Assembly: GCA_973895155.1 (NCBI GenBank)
Contig: OZ316894.1
Location: 16,050,699-16,114,698 of the forward strand
Reading direction: 5' to 3'
DNA: 64,000 nucleotides
Origin: Marsupella aquatica
Taxonomy: Eukaryota; Plantae; Marchantiophyta
Under the pieces are notes generated by a model that was not told where the DNA came from, searched no databases, and saw only the letters and a program-made list of their open reading frames with translations. Shown in pieces: positions 1 through 17,500 of the stretch. Position numbers and translations under genes: made by a program. Numbering within the stretch: the first letter of the stretch is position 1; each line of letters starts with the position of its first letter.

Positions 1-1029
1 CCCCTAACAAGCCCTTTTCTTTGGAAAGGGGCTTATTGGGCCCCCAGTCTCTCCCACCCTTGTACATCGATCTTACTAATAAAGCACGATGCAAAACTAT
101 TTTAGAGGGCTATGATCTAGAGTGAAGCCTCTAGACCACAGCTCTGAATAAAGACAAAAAGAAAATGAGGGTGAACAAAGACAAAGTGGGCAAAGATGAA
201 TAGTACATAATTATTGTTTTTGGCAGTGTTTTTTGATGGTCTTTATCTCTATTTATGTTCAAGGAACAAGTAATCATACTAGTGAAGTAACATTTGTTTT
301 ACACACCGGAAAGTGACAATAGAGGGTCTCTAAGCTTTGAAATTATGGAAGATGGCATTTGGCCATAAAGGAATGGTCATAAATTTTTCACAAGGTTATG
401 TAAAAGTTTCTTTGGTTTTTTTTGTCACCAGCCTCTACAGTGAGTGATGGTAATGACATAAGACCAATCCTTAATATGGCAAAATGTTATGGACTATGAA
501 TTTAGTAGTCCACAACTTTTTTTTTAAAACTTTTTTCTTTCTAAAAGGGAAATCTGTGAAACCCATAGAAAGGGAAGAGTCAACCACAATAGTTGGAAAG
601 AGTCAGCCCACAACAGTTGAACCCAAGACCTGTCAGTCTCTACTCAAGTGAGCTTCCACAAAGTCATGCCTCTCAAGGCTATAGTACACAACTTTTTGTG
701 TCCATAACCTGTAACTAGGGAAGTAAGCCGTCAAATTGTCAGCATAAATGATGTCAGGAAGGCACCTTACTGGCATGTAAACATTTCTGAAGGCCCCAGC
801 TATTCACATAATCTATTGCCTGGAAGCAACTTTATTCCAGACAAAAATTACTTATTATAATGTATGTCTTTTCCGAGGTTGTAGCCTGAACCCTGCTCAA
901 GAAGGCTCAGAAAACCTTCCCTCCCTGCAGTCAGGTGTTCTTCACTTCAGGTGTTCTTCACTTCAGGTAATTGGCTAGTAACCCCAGACCAGAGGTGCAT
1001 TACTCCTATAGTTTAGGACCACTAATAAT

Positions 1030-1240
1030 GGGAGGAGTAAGAGAGACCCTTCCCTTCAGAATAGTAGGGGCTGGAGCACAAAGTGAGGGAGGGCAACATG
1101 GCCGGGGACAAAACAATAGGGCCTCCTATACTTTGAGACCACTAGTGGGAGGAGTAAGAGAGACCCTTGCCAACAGCACCTTTCAGACAAGTAGGGCACA
1201 AAGTGAGGGAGGGCAACATGGCAGGGGACAAACAATAGGA
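1030..1240. repeat. Diverged direct duplication, period about 120 bp
   Basis: GGGAGGAGTAAGAGAGACCCTT occurs at ~1030 and ~1148. GCACAAAGTGAGGGAGGGCAACATGGC.GGGGACAAA occurs at ~1076 and ~1196. Confidence 0.85.
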
Positions 1241-1380
1241 GTCCGGTTGCCTATGGAGCACCATGACCACATTGACAATTTTTAGTCCAGAAAGAGGGAA
1301 TGATGTTCTGGGGTTCTGGCAGGCACAGCCCCATCAAGTCTATTTCAGAAGATAGGGGCTCCTTCAGGGGTTTAGTCTGT

Positions 1381-1692
1381 TTCACTCTTTCTTTGAGTTT
1401 CACAAGGTGTCCGGGCTTGCAGAACCGAATCGGGTGAGGGATTTCACTCTTTCTTCGAGTTTCACAAGGTGTCCGGGCTTTGCAGAACCGAATCGGATGA
1501 GGGATTTCACTCGTTCTTTGAGTTTCAGAAGGTGTCCGGGCTTGCAAAACCGAATCGGATGAGGGATTTCACTCGTTCTTTGAGTTTCAGAAGGTGTCCG
1601 GGCTTTGCAGAACCTATTCGGATGAGGGATTTCACACTCTTTCTTCGAGGTTCACAAGGTGTCCGGGCTGGCAGAACCGAATCGGATGAGGA
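1381..1692. repeat. Minisatellite, about 5 copies of a 60-62 bp unit
   Basis: The unit TTTCACTC(T/G)TTCTT(T/C)GAGTTTCA(C/G)AAGGTGTCCGGGCTT(T)GCAGAACCGAATCGGATGAGGGA is repeated head-to-tail. Confidence 0.95.
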
Positions 1693-1803
1693 GGAGTGAT
1701 TTGAGTTCATGACCGGGCTGCAGAGTGAGCGAATTTGATTGTTAATTAAGACCAGCGCAATCACTCGGATCACTAGCAGCAAGACGAATTTTCGGAAGGC
1801 GAG

Positions 1804-2796
1804 ATGGGGAAGGGCAAGAGGAAGAACGGTCCCGGCAACGACCTCACAGCTCTTCGAACGGTGGCAAGCCAGCAGCAGCAGCAGCAGCCTCGGCACAGCA
1901 CCGCTAGAGCTGATGCTACCGGCAGCACACACGGACGAGGTGAAGTCGGTTCCCCTTGGTTGCAACAACTGATGGGAAAGGTCCACCATCGAGCTGCAGG
2001 AAATGGTTCTAGGAGTCATCATCTGCCGACGATTACAAGAGGCCCACAAGCTCTTCGGCAGACGCACCACCACGGCAGCAGTCCACTGCAGCGAACGCCT
2101 GCAAATCAGGCTGCCGTTGCCAAGATTGAGTTCTTGAGCCAGATTGCGACATGGGCTGCGTCCAATAAGATTCCTTCTCTGGGGGCGTTTTATGGAGAGC
2201 GGCTGGCCTCAGCATGCCAGACCGCTGGGATCCCTTCACCTGTGCTGAACTCGCAGTGTGAGCGGTGCGAGTCGGTTCTATTGTCGGGGGTGAATTACTC
2301 TGTAAGACGTAGATCCAAGACGAGGAACAAGCAAAATACATGGAGCAAAGGGAATTCTGGAGAGGCAATTGCAACTGTAAAAGCGGTCAACACGGTCGTG
2401 CACCGGTGCAGTTACTGCAAGTATGGAAATCAGAAATTAGGGCATCTGAAAGATGCTGTGAAGACCAAGCTGGCAGAAGCAGCTGCACGAGCCCAGATGA
2501 AGGATGTAGCCAGCAGCACTAGCAGCCGGAAGTCTGCAAAAGCCGACCCAACTACTCCAGTGCATCGTCAAGGACTGCTGAAAGCGTCACCTGAAGGCTC
2601 TGCTTCTGTCTCAGTCACACCAGCTGCTTCAGAAACTATAGCTTTGTTGTGTCCCGCAAGTGTACTCCAGGTGGATCTATTTGCAAGCACTAGTAATAAA
2701 AAGAGGAGGCGTAAAGGCTGGACCGGCTTGAAGGCCATTAGCACTCCTCTGCAGAACAAAGAGTCACCTAATCCTGAGATGTCAGGGTTTAACTGA
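1804..2796 (+). CDS. RNase P/MRP Rpr2/Rpp21/Snm1-like zinc-ribbon protein, single exon, 330 aa
   Basis: Core FLSQIATWA...SLGAFYGERL...QCERCESVLLSGVNYSVRRR...VVHRCSYCKYGN has the two CxxC pairs and L.xG.N..VR spacing of the Rpr2 family. It is flanked by low-complexity arms with basic NLS-like ends (MGKGKRK, KKRRRKGW). Confidence 0.75.
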   Translation: MGKGKRKNGPGNDLTALRTVASQQQQQQPRHSTARADATGSTHGRGEVGSPWLQQLMGKVHHRAAGNGSRSHHLPTITRGPQALRQTHHHGSSPLQRTPANQAAVAKIEFLSQIATWAASNKIPSLGAFYGERLASACQTAGIPSPVLNSQCERCESVLLSGVNYSVRRRSKTRNKQNTWSKGNSGEAIATVKAVNTVVHRCSYCKYGNQKLGHLKDAVKTKLAEAAARAQMKDVASSTSSRKSAKADPTTPVHRQGLLKASPEGSASVSVTPAASETIALLCPASVLQVDLFASTSNKKRRRKGWTGLKAISTPLQNKESPNPEMSGFN

Positions 2797-3622
2797 GAAA
2801 ACAACAGAGAATCTCAATGAAGAGATTAGATAAATTTCCCAGGCTAAAAATGCCACTTGAAAGTGGAAATACGGGTTCTGACAGTCACTCTGATGGGCCC
2901 CTCCCGAGTCATCTACAAGTGCTTGCAGTTTGAATGGCAATTTTTGTAACACAATTTAGAAATGGCTTTGAAGACTGTTCCGGGTTCTCTCACTGAAACC
3001 ATAGTTGAGTAAAACAAAAACACTCTTAAAAGTTATCGTAGGGGAACGACATGGACGTCTTTATACATGACAGCATACATACACTGATTTGAAAGGACGA
3101 ACTTTGTCGGCAAAATGGACCAAGCTCCTTGGCAATGCAGCGCAGAACAACTTATCTGTATGACGGCTGTTGATTGGAAAGGAACTGTTCCATTAGTCAC
3201 TGACTGCCGCTGCCTTCTGACCATATGACCTATGCGCCGGGAAGAGGAACATAGATGATGGGTGGGACTAATTTCAACAGAAGTCGAAGACCACCTCTGT
3301 TTAAAATATTTACCATAATGTACAACGGAATTTATAGGTCTTTACAACGAAGACTCCACTAAAACATATGTACGACTTGAAGGCTATGTCAGTGCAATCC
3401 ATGTATTCAGAGTGAGAATGTACAGGGATTATAGCCTTCGGAATGCCAAATTCACTGCTGGCATTTTGTTGTTTCAGGTACTGAAGGTAATATAGTACTC
3501 ATACCAGCATCTAACTAATGACGCTGATTTCTAGCTTCAGCAAACACAGGATTGGAACATTTATCTAACGGATGTTCTAGAAGTAGCACCTAAATGAAAC
3601 CATGGCCCAATTGAGTATGACA

Positions 3623-9445
<5,823 letters not shown>

Positions 9446-10099
9446 TCTGATGTGTCAAGCTCTCCTTTTTCTGGAGCCCTCACCTCCTGCAGTCTCGATA
9501 GGGGTGCAACACGTACAGCACGATCAATTCCTCCGCCCCTTCTAGCCAAGACGTCTGCAATTCGACTTGGGGAACGAAATTGTTGAAAGGATTGACGAAA
9601 GGACGAGCAAAATCTGAAGCACAAATTTGGGACTTGGGCCCGAAACGTTTTACACAGGTATCACAGCAATTCAGGCGGTGGCATGGTATAACCATCGGCG
9701 AGGGATACTTGTGTGCATCCAATATAGCAATCTACTGTACTTATATTAACAATCCTGCCTAAACTACTCCTTTACCAACTTGAAAGAAAAACTGGCCATG
9801 GAAGGTTTTCGAAGGTCTTCTGGCACTACTATTGGATTGACTGAAATGAGGTGCCCAAGGGCACTACTTATTAATATGTTTGCTGATATGCATGGTATAA
9901 TTATGTACAGGTGGTACTATGTACTGGTACATAGAGATATGATGGTACAGTAGAGTATGGCTGTACCTTGGGATACCTTACCTGGAATATGGGGGCCTAG
10001 AGATTTCTGCAATGGGGGGAGGAGGGGAATTTTTATATCTGTTTTCAACTTGCTGTGTTTTCATCTGTTTTCAATCGTTGGAGGGATGGGGAATGGTTT

Positions 10100-13000
10100 T
10101 TGTGTTTGTACTTTCTATTGAAATTGGGTGGGAAGTCAAGGGTGAAGGTGAATCCTTACGCACCCCCACCCACCTTGCCTTTTGAAGGTGAGGTGCATTT
10201 CTCTTGTTTCTTTCGAGGTGGGGGCAAATTGACGCAACTGGGTGGTTCTTCCTCCCACATTGCTTCATTTTTGTCGCCCATTTTATCTTCTTTGCATAGG
10301 AGTGTTGTTGCGAGTGTTGTTGTTGTTGTCCATGATTTTGAGATGTTGCGTAGTATTTTGAAGATTCACCTAGACTGGGGTTTCCTTCAGAGGTTGGTTA
10401 AAGGCCACTGCATTTTGCTCTTCCAGAAGACAATGCACATTCCTTGAATATATCAGAATCAACGGCTTGAGGTTGGTTTTTTGTCTCCTTGTCGCCTGAG
10501 TAATCATGTCCAACAGTCCTCCTGGGTCAAGAGCGATTATGGCATTTGAGTTGGTCAGTTGTCTCAGGAGGTGCCATCTATGCTAAACATACATGTAGCT
10601 ATAAAACATATGGTCCGTGTTCTCAAATATATTCCTTGCATCTTTGACATGTTCCATTATTGACCCCAGTCGCGGAACTCGACTACCCTAACACTTAGCT
10701 CCGGCGTCACTGACTCAAATGTCGAGCTTCTCTATGGTCCAAGCTTCCGGAACGGCCATCCAGTGGGGACTAAGTATGGGGAGACTAGTGGGCAACAAGG
10801 CCTTGCACTAGCATGAGCAAGACGCTAAACTGGTGACGCACACTAAGGACTTGGACTAGCATGGAGCTGGTCAGGTCATGGGAAGGGCCGGCTCACGGTG
10901 GACTGTCCGGACCCCCAGAAGAACTTTGAATTTTGAGTACTTGAGTGGGAGCTCCTCTTGGGCCAAAGGCTAACAAAATTTATTTCATGCGCAACGGACG
11001 TTTGGCGCATGAGATATATACGGCGCGGCCTGGGTGTGGCCGTCTGGGACCCTGATTGAGAATGGGTTTTGAGGGCCTAGACATGAACACTAGGTCGGCC
11101 GGATCACAACGGGCTAAGGCACTCCACTTACGAACGTCTAGCCATAAATTTATGGGCATAGCAAGTTAATTGCGTGCCCATACGTGCGGGTTGGGGTCCA
11201 GGTTGAGGGCCAAATATAGATGACCAAAGCCGGTCCGGGAGTGGTAGGTCTCCATAATCATATATGAAATGAGTGGTTTCTCCCTAGGGGCCAAGGGAGC
11301 CAAAGTCGTGAGCCGCGGTGGTCGCGACTCCAAGAGGAAACATCGATAACTTCTCAACGGGAAGTCTGTTGGCCGGGGACTTCTTGGATGTGTTGGAATG
11401 CTCTTGAGGAGTTTAGGGTCCTCCTGAGATCAGCTAGGTCTGGACGTGCCATGGATTCTCAAGGATTGCGGAGGTTATCTTGCCCGCTTGTCAAATCATG
11501 CCGAAATAGCAGCCAAGCCGCATTCAGTTTCCCATCGGAGATTGCATTGGAGAGACAATGCCAAGTAGACCTGGAGGTTGAGTTCCAAGTGCACGTGGCC
11601 CCTAGACTCTCAATTGAGCGGGAACCTTGGTTGCTAGAGTCGGGGCCAATCTGGTCCCAATGTTTTAGGACAAGTTTTGGGACAAACTAGTTATTTGGGC
11701 CATGAGCATGTCCTGGGTATAGGACAGTCAACCAGTGACAAATAGGAACTCAACTTATGGCAAGGCCATGCAAGCCCTTGAGGTTCTATTCGTTGGTCTA
11801 CTTACTAATGTATGTTGAGCTTGAGTTGAGACACTTGTCTTGGAGTATGTTCCTAGATCCTTTGGGTTACTTACCTAGATGTTTGGTTGCTTGTGCAAAT
11901 TGTGAGGACCGTTGAGCAACGGTCAAGTTAGGGAGCAAGTGCGGCTTTGTATGGAGGTGCCGCCGAAGGTGCTAGAGGTACCAAGTTGCTTGTTCAAGGA
12001 TTTTTGTGTAGGTGTTCGGGCATCAAGGGCACTTAGGCGAGAATGTTGGGATTGGTGAGGGCGTTGGGTGACAGGTTCACCACTACCACCCATTTTGGTC
12101 CTCTATACTTGGTGAAGAAACCATGTTGGACAATACGCCAAACAAACATTCTTACCTTTAGGGAGTGTCCATCCTCCGCAAAGTTTTCTCCACAACTTGT
12201 CCAATGTTGGGGAGTACCTGTTTGTCCCCAGGCATTTATGATTCAACTTCATATGGTCACAGGTAGTAGTCAGCAATCGCTTCACCCAAACCTTGTTGGG
12301 ACTGCTCTTGCTAGTGTCTCTATTCTGGTCTGGTTGGTCCACCTCCACCCTTCGCTCTTACCCAGAGAGCTGTCAATTATTCCCTTCAGCTTCAACAGTT
12401 TAGTACAAAATTCCATCGTACCGGTACCTAGTGCTACGGATTGTATGTATAACTTTTTCTTGGTCCAGCCAAGTGCCATTAGAGTCCCTCAGGTCCCTCA
12501 AGGATTCTTCGTTTGGACAGAAATCTACAAAGGTCATTCTGTCTGGCTCCATCCATTTTGGTAGCCCGAAATAAAGAAGAAGGGTCTGTTCAATGGAGAG
12601 CCGCTCATGTAGCTCTCCACAGCCAAAATTGAAGTGTATAAAGGAGGCTTGTGTTTCCCAGCCACTGAGGAGGGTTTTCAGAGTGGGATATCCTTCCATG
12701 TTTGTGAAGTTAGTCAGCAGTTTGGTCTCTCTTGGTGTCCAGAAACGTTTTTTGTTCTTGTCCGGACCCAACCGCAGTGTGCTCCAAATCACCTTGTGAG
12801 CCATCTTGACCCAATCCACCTTCAAACTGGTAATCAACTTCATCACATGTCTCATCTTAAGCGCTTGGGCTTGCACCATGACCGGGAGGATGCCCAGTCC
12901 CCCCGGCTTCCTCTCGAGAGTAATAGTATCCCAGCTAATGAGAGGTATCTTGTGATAGCCAGTATTTGCGATCTGCCCCAATTTTGTCCTTTGATACCCC

Positions 13001-13260
13001 ATTCTCCCTTCTTGCCTTATGGCATCCTTGCCCTTCATGACCATTCCCTCTACTTTGCCCAATGGTATTGTTGAAAGTGGTAGCACCATTGCAATTGGCA
13101 ACTATTTTACCATACAATAGGTCACAATGAGGGTCTTTTTTCAGAACCACAACAATTGAAGGGATTGATTTTACTTTTTCCTTCTATAATATTCCAGATT
13201 GTTGGCTGAAATTTTTCCCAGCCGTAGATCCCGGGGAGAGCTTTCTTTTGAGCCCTAGAT
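10100..13260 (-). mobile_element. Degenerate L1-type LINE remnant (late RT region and zf-RVT), split by a 1.4 kb insertion
   Basis: ORF 12400-13101 contains ISWDTITLERKPGGLGI...QALKMRHV, matching the plant LINE W..I..PK..GGLG motif. Downstream are W..LWRKL and VRMFVWRIVQHGFFT, and beyond the insert DNGTCQRC...H.F..C (zf-RVT). Many frameshifts; outer limits approximate. Confidence 0.75.
10661..12082. mobile_element. About 1.4 kb non-coding LTR-like insertion inside the LINE remnant
   Basis: Removing 10661-12082 rejoins the LINE frame KWVV-D-NGTCQRC on the minus strand. The insert starts TG and ends CA, and has a Gypsy-LTR-like TGTCACCC start near 12073 on the minus strand. No TSD seen. Confidence 0.5.
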
Positions 13261-14368
13261 CACATTGCATGGTAGACAGTAGGCTCTTGGGAAGCGCAGG
13301 GAGCGCCTTTTGTCCTTTGAGGGATCTTCAGTCTTTGAATGAGCATTCCGGGTAACCCGGAGGCTCTTGTACCTACATGCGTGGTTTTAAGAAAGGTGTT
13401 GGTGTCTTTGCAGTATGATATTCTACACAAAAATTGCAATAATGAACAAAACTTGACATTAGCTCCCATCAAAAAACAAAATAGGAATAGTTTGGAGACT
13501 GCCAATCCTACTTGGCTTTCAATTGGGCTCTTGATTTTTGTTGTGACAGGCTTATGTGTCATTGTCAAAAGGACAAGTCAGACTACCTCTTGAGGTGGTT
13601 TCTAAGGGGGTCTCTAGGATATGGGAAAGGCTGGTCAAGTACCCTTTTTGAGTCTTGGATTGAATCATAGTGAGTCAATACTGTGAACGAGCTCATAGAT
13701 ATCATACTTCAAAGAACTAATAAGGGCGTCATCTCGGGAAACAGAATCCCAAGGGCTAGTAATTCAATAAAGGGGGGAGGGGGACTACGAAAACAACCTG
13801 GACGACGGGAGAGCTGAAAAGCCTAAGAGCCCACAATTCCAAGAGTCCCAAACTATTACCAAAGTACAAGTCTAGAGCCTACTAAGCAACAAACTGAAAA
13901 GCCATGAGTAACAAACTGAAAAGCCAGCCTGGTAGAGCTCTAAGTTCACACTTTAGATGAACTTTATTACTTTAGGGCACATTCCCACAACATGATTACC
14001 CATCCATCCTAGTCATAGACAGATTCTGGTCATTGAAGGTTGGGCCCACACCTTTTCTCGGTGAACACTCTTTCTGTTTGGGTCCAGCACTAGCCTTCAA
14101 TGTTTCATTTAACGTTGTTATGTCTTGTTTTTTTGCACAAGGGAAGTTAATTTAGTGTATTTTTAGAATACCACGTGCAATTTTCATTTAATTAAATAAA
14201 ATTGGAATTTACTACGTTATAATATTCAGATCTTTATTTTCTAAATCGCTTATTTTACTTTTTAAAAGGCACAAAAGAAAAATATCCTTGTATCTTTCCG
14301 TAAATATTTTAATCTGGATCACACGTGATCAAAACAATATAAAATTATTATTTTTGGATCACATGAGG

Positions 14369-14502
14369 TGCCTACTATTCGTTTGAATTGACCATAGATT
14401 CTGATCTGACTACTCTCTAGAATTGGTAAAAAGGCTGCCTACTATTCTTTGGAATTGACCCTAGATTATGATTTGACTATTCTCTAGCATTGGTTAAAAA
14501 GG
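14369..14502. repeat. Tandem duplication, about 67 bp x2
   Basis: TGCCTACTATTC.TT.GAATTGACC.TAGATT.TGAT.TGACTA.TCTCTAG.ATTGGT occurs twice. Confidence 0.85.
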
Positions 14503-17500
14503 AAGCTCTGGGCCACCGGCTCTTGTAAGATCCCCTGAGAAATCAATCCACCAGACCCCCCTCCACATTCATTAGGAATTGAGATTACTAGTTTGTCACC
14601 TTCTTATTCTGAAATTACTATCGTGCCATGTTTCTTAGATTATGTACTAGATTGTCACCTTTCTCTAGCATTGGTTATGTCAACGAGGAACTCATAATCA
14701 TTGATGGCCAAAACACACCACATGACTGAGGGTCCTGCACATCAAAATATCACATATAGAGTGTGAGATAGCACTCCATACCATGATAAACCTCTTTGTT
14801 TTCTTTAAATCAATGAGTGCACGCCGTATATTATCACATTTTGATGGGTGATTACTTGCAGGGTGTGACTACATTTGACGGCAGAGACCTCCCTCCAGGA
14901 GTCTTAACCCAACCCATTCTGTGATATGCTGCTATATGGTGAATCTACCTTTCAGAATTTGTCTTATTCAGATTTTGTGTTTTTGATTTTAATGTGCTCT
15001 AACAAGGTGAATCATTTGTATTAATTTAATTTTGAATTAAATTTTGGACCCCTTCTAATTTTAGTGACCCTAGAGTATTTTGAATATATTTGGCTCCTCT
15101 CATAAATGTTTAATTTTCATTTTCAATCACTCCTTAGTGAATTATTTTTTCTCATGAGAGTGAGAGAAATGAATTTGAATCAATGTGCACATATGGTGTA
15201 CTAAGTTCCCTTCATGGTTTCATTTACAAAATTTATAATTTTAATTGAGTTGATTGTCTCTACTCTATGTGCACAATTCTTTAGTATCTTTGTACTTTCC
15301 TAGTCATAATGTGCTTTTCTTTGTATGTGTACTTATGGTCTTGTGTGTTATGTCACTCACACTCACTCTTAATTGACATATATTAATTTCTTGGAATTTA
15401 CTTTACATGTACCTATTTCTTTTATCATAAGATAAATCAAATGAATTGCATATTACAACAAGACAAGAAAAGAGTCATTTTTCGAGGATGAACATGCTAT
15501 ATGATAACTGAACAGGTGGATCACCTAGGGTAGCAACGAATCCTCATGACTCCATAATCCTGACACACACAAACTACCAACATTCTGCAGCCCTTCACCT
15601 CTTTTCTATTTCTTGGTTCGGTAGTCAGTTATTGTTAGCTCACAGGGTGTGGGAAAAGTGTGCTTCCAGTACACTGGGTTTATGTAAAGTCCCCAGGTCC
15701 CCAAAGACTGTAATTACGTGAGGTGGGATGAGGACGGTCACTGTGATAGACTCTAATGATGGTAGTGATCGATGCTATATGAGCACCTACAAAGTAATCT
15801 TCTGATGTGTAACTTATAGGTGATCCAGTTGTTGTGTTAGTGACGACTTTAAGGTATACCTGGTTGCACTCAGGATGGTGCTTTGGAAAATAAGTGTGAG
15901 GTGCTACAAAGTAAAGTAAGTACCGAAGACAAGAACAACCTATGAGCCAACTAGCTTTGACTGAGCCTCGGAAAGAATTAATTTTGGGAGAGATATGATT
16001 GAGGAAAGGAGGTGGGCCTACGTGATGATCATGCCATAGCTAGAATAGCCTTTGAACATTGATTGAAGTAAGCTAAGAGAAGCGGATATAGGTGAGTGGA
16101 AAGAGACTTTACATATGGTGAGCGAAATTAATAGGTATAAACAGGATAGACCTGGGGGACTCACTTTGGAGTGGTCCCATATCACGTGCACATTTTTGGG
16201 TAACAAATACCTTAAGGATAAGAAAACAATAAATTCCCATTATTTTCTTACCCCAATTTTTTAGAACAGCATGATAATTTTCAGAAATTTGATTAAAAAA
16301 TCCTTTTCTTATGTTATCCAAAATCAGATTTAAAAAATAGTAATATTTCTTCACAAAAATTTACAAGTCATAAACAAAAACCAATAAAAAACATGTATAC
16401 TTATTTGAGCATAGTGGGTCTGTAGAAAGTAATGGAGGACCCTGGGATGCAGGCAATAGCCCATGAAGCTATAATACAATCCTACCTTTCCGGTTAAATC
16501 TATTTCTGACTGTGTGTAAATACTATTGTTGACAAGAAAGTATGGAAATTGATGAGAATTGTCACACCATTTGAAGTGGTAGAATAGCAAATCATGTGAT
16601 CTATGTTTGAAACTTTTGTATCTGTGTTATGTGAGCATTTTAGGGTTGCATATGTTTTGGGATAGTTATCCTTTTGTGGTGGCTCAAAGGCCCCATCTTT
16701 CAATAGTGAGCCTTCAAGCATGAGCTCTGGCGCGCTATGGTGTGGTTGGCCTTGTTGAGTGCATGTAACGCAGATTCCTTGAAGCACAAGGTGCGTTTGG
16801 CTTGATGTTTGACTTATTGAAGATGATTGTGGGGTTTTGGCATGTGTGGACATGAGTTCCAGCTATATTCCGTTCTCCTATGTTTGTGTGATGGATTGTG
16901 CCCGTGCCTCGATGTGTGTGACGACCAAATGAATGTATGCTGTGTAGCAATATGTAGGTGCATGACATAATCTGTTCAGTTCAAGATCATTGTGTCTCTC
17001 GTCACTATGATTGGGACAACAATTTCAAATTATAAGATCACTGTGAGAGTGCTATACAATCAGCATCTTTGTGTTTTGCCATGTCCATCCACAATAGCTT
17101 CCTACCTTTCAATGGAGTCTTAATGAAAATTTGGACAAGGGTCACCTAAGAAGATATGGAAAGTACTGAAACTTAAACTGACATTTGAATTAGTTAGCAC
17201 TACTTCAAAGGGTATCATATTTGGACTTTTTTTGCAGCCTGAGTTGAGGCCATTAATCTGTGTTCCTAATGAGCCAAATTGATGATCTGTACAACTTTTA
17301 GAACATATGGGAGAAATTGTGCTTGTAAAATATTGCATGATGGTTTGGAATTTCCTGGCTACCCTCTTAGAGTATGGATTGCAAGACTAGAAGGCCTGGT
17401 AGTAGTGTTGCTCAGACTATTCATGTTTTCCTTATGTTTCTCCTTAAATTCTTTCTCCTTTTCTTTCTCTCTTTTGTGTTCCCTTCTACTTTTTCCATTG

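Noticed and set aside
1381-1692. CRISPR-like array
   Set aside because: Units are contiguous near-identical repeats with no unique spacers, there are no cas genes and the context is eukaryotic.
1525-2073. 182 aa antisense ORF
   Set aside because: It is a shadow of the GC-rich Rpr2-like CDS plus the minisatellite, with no motif.
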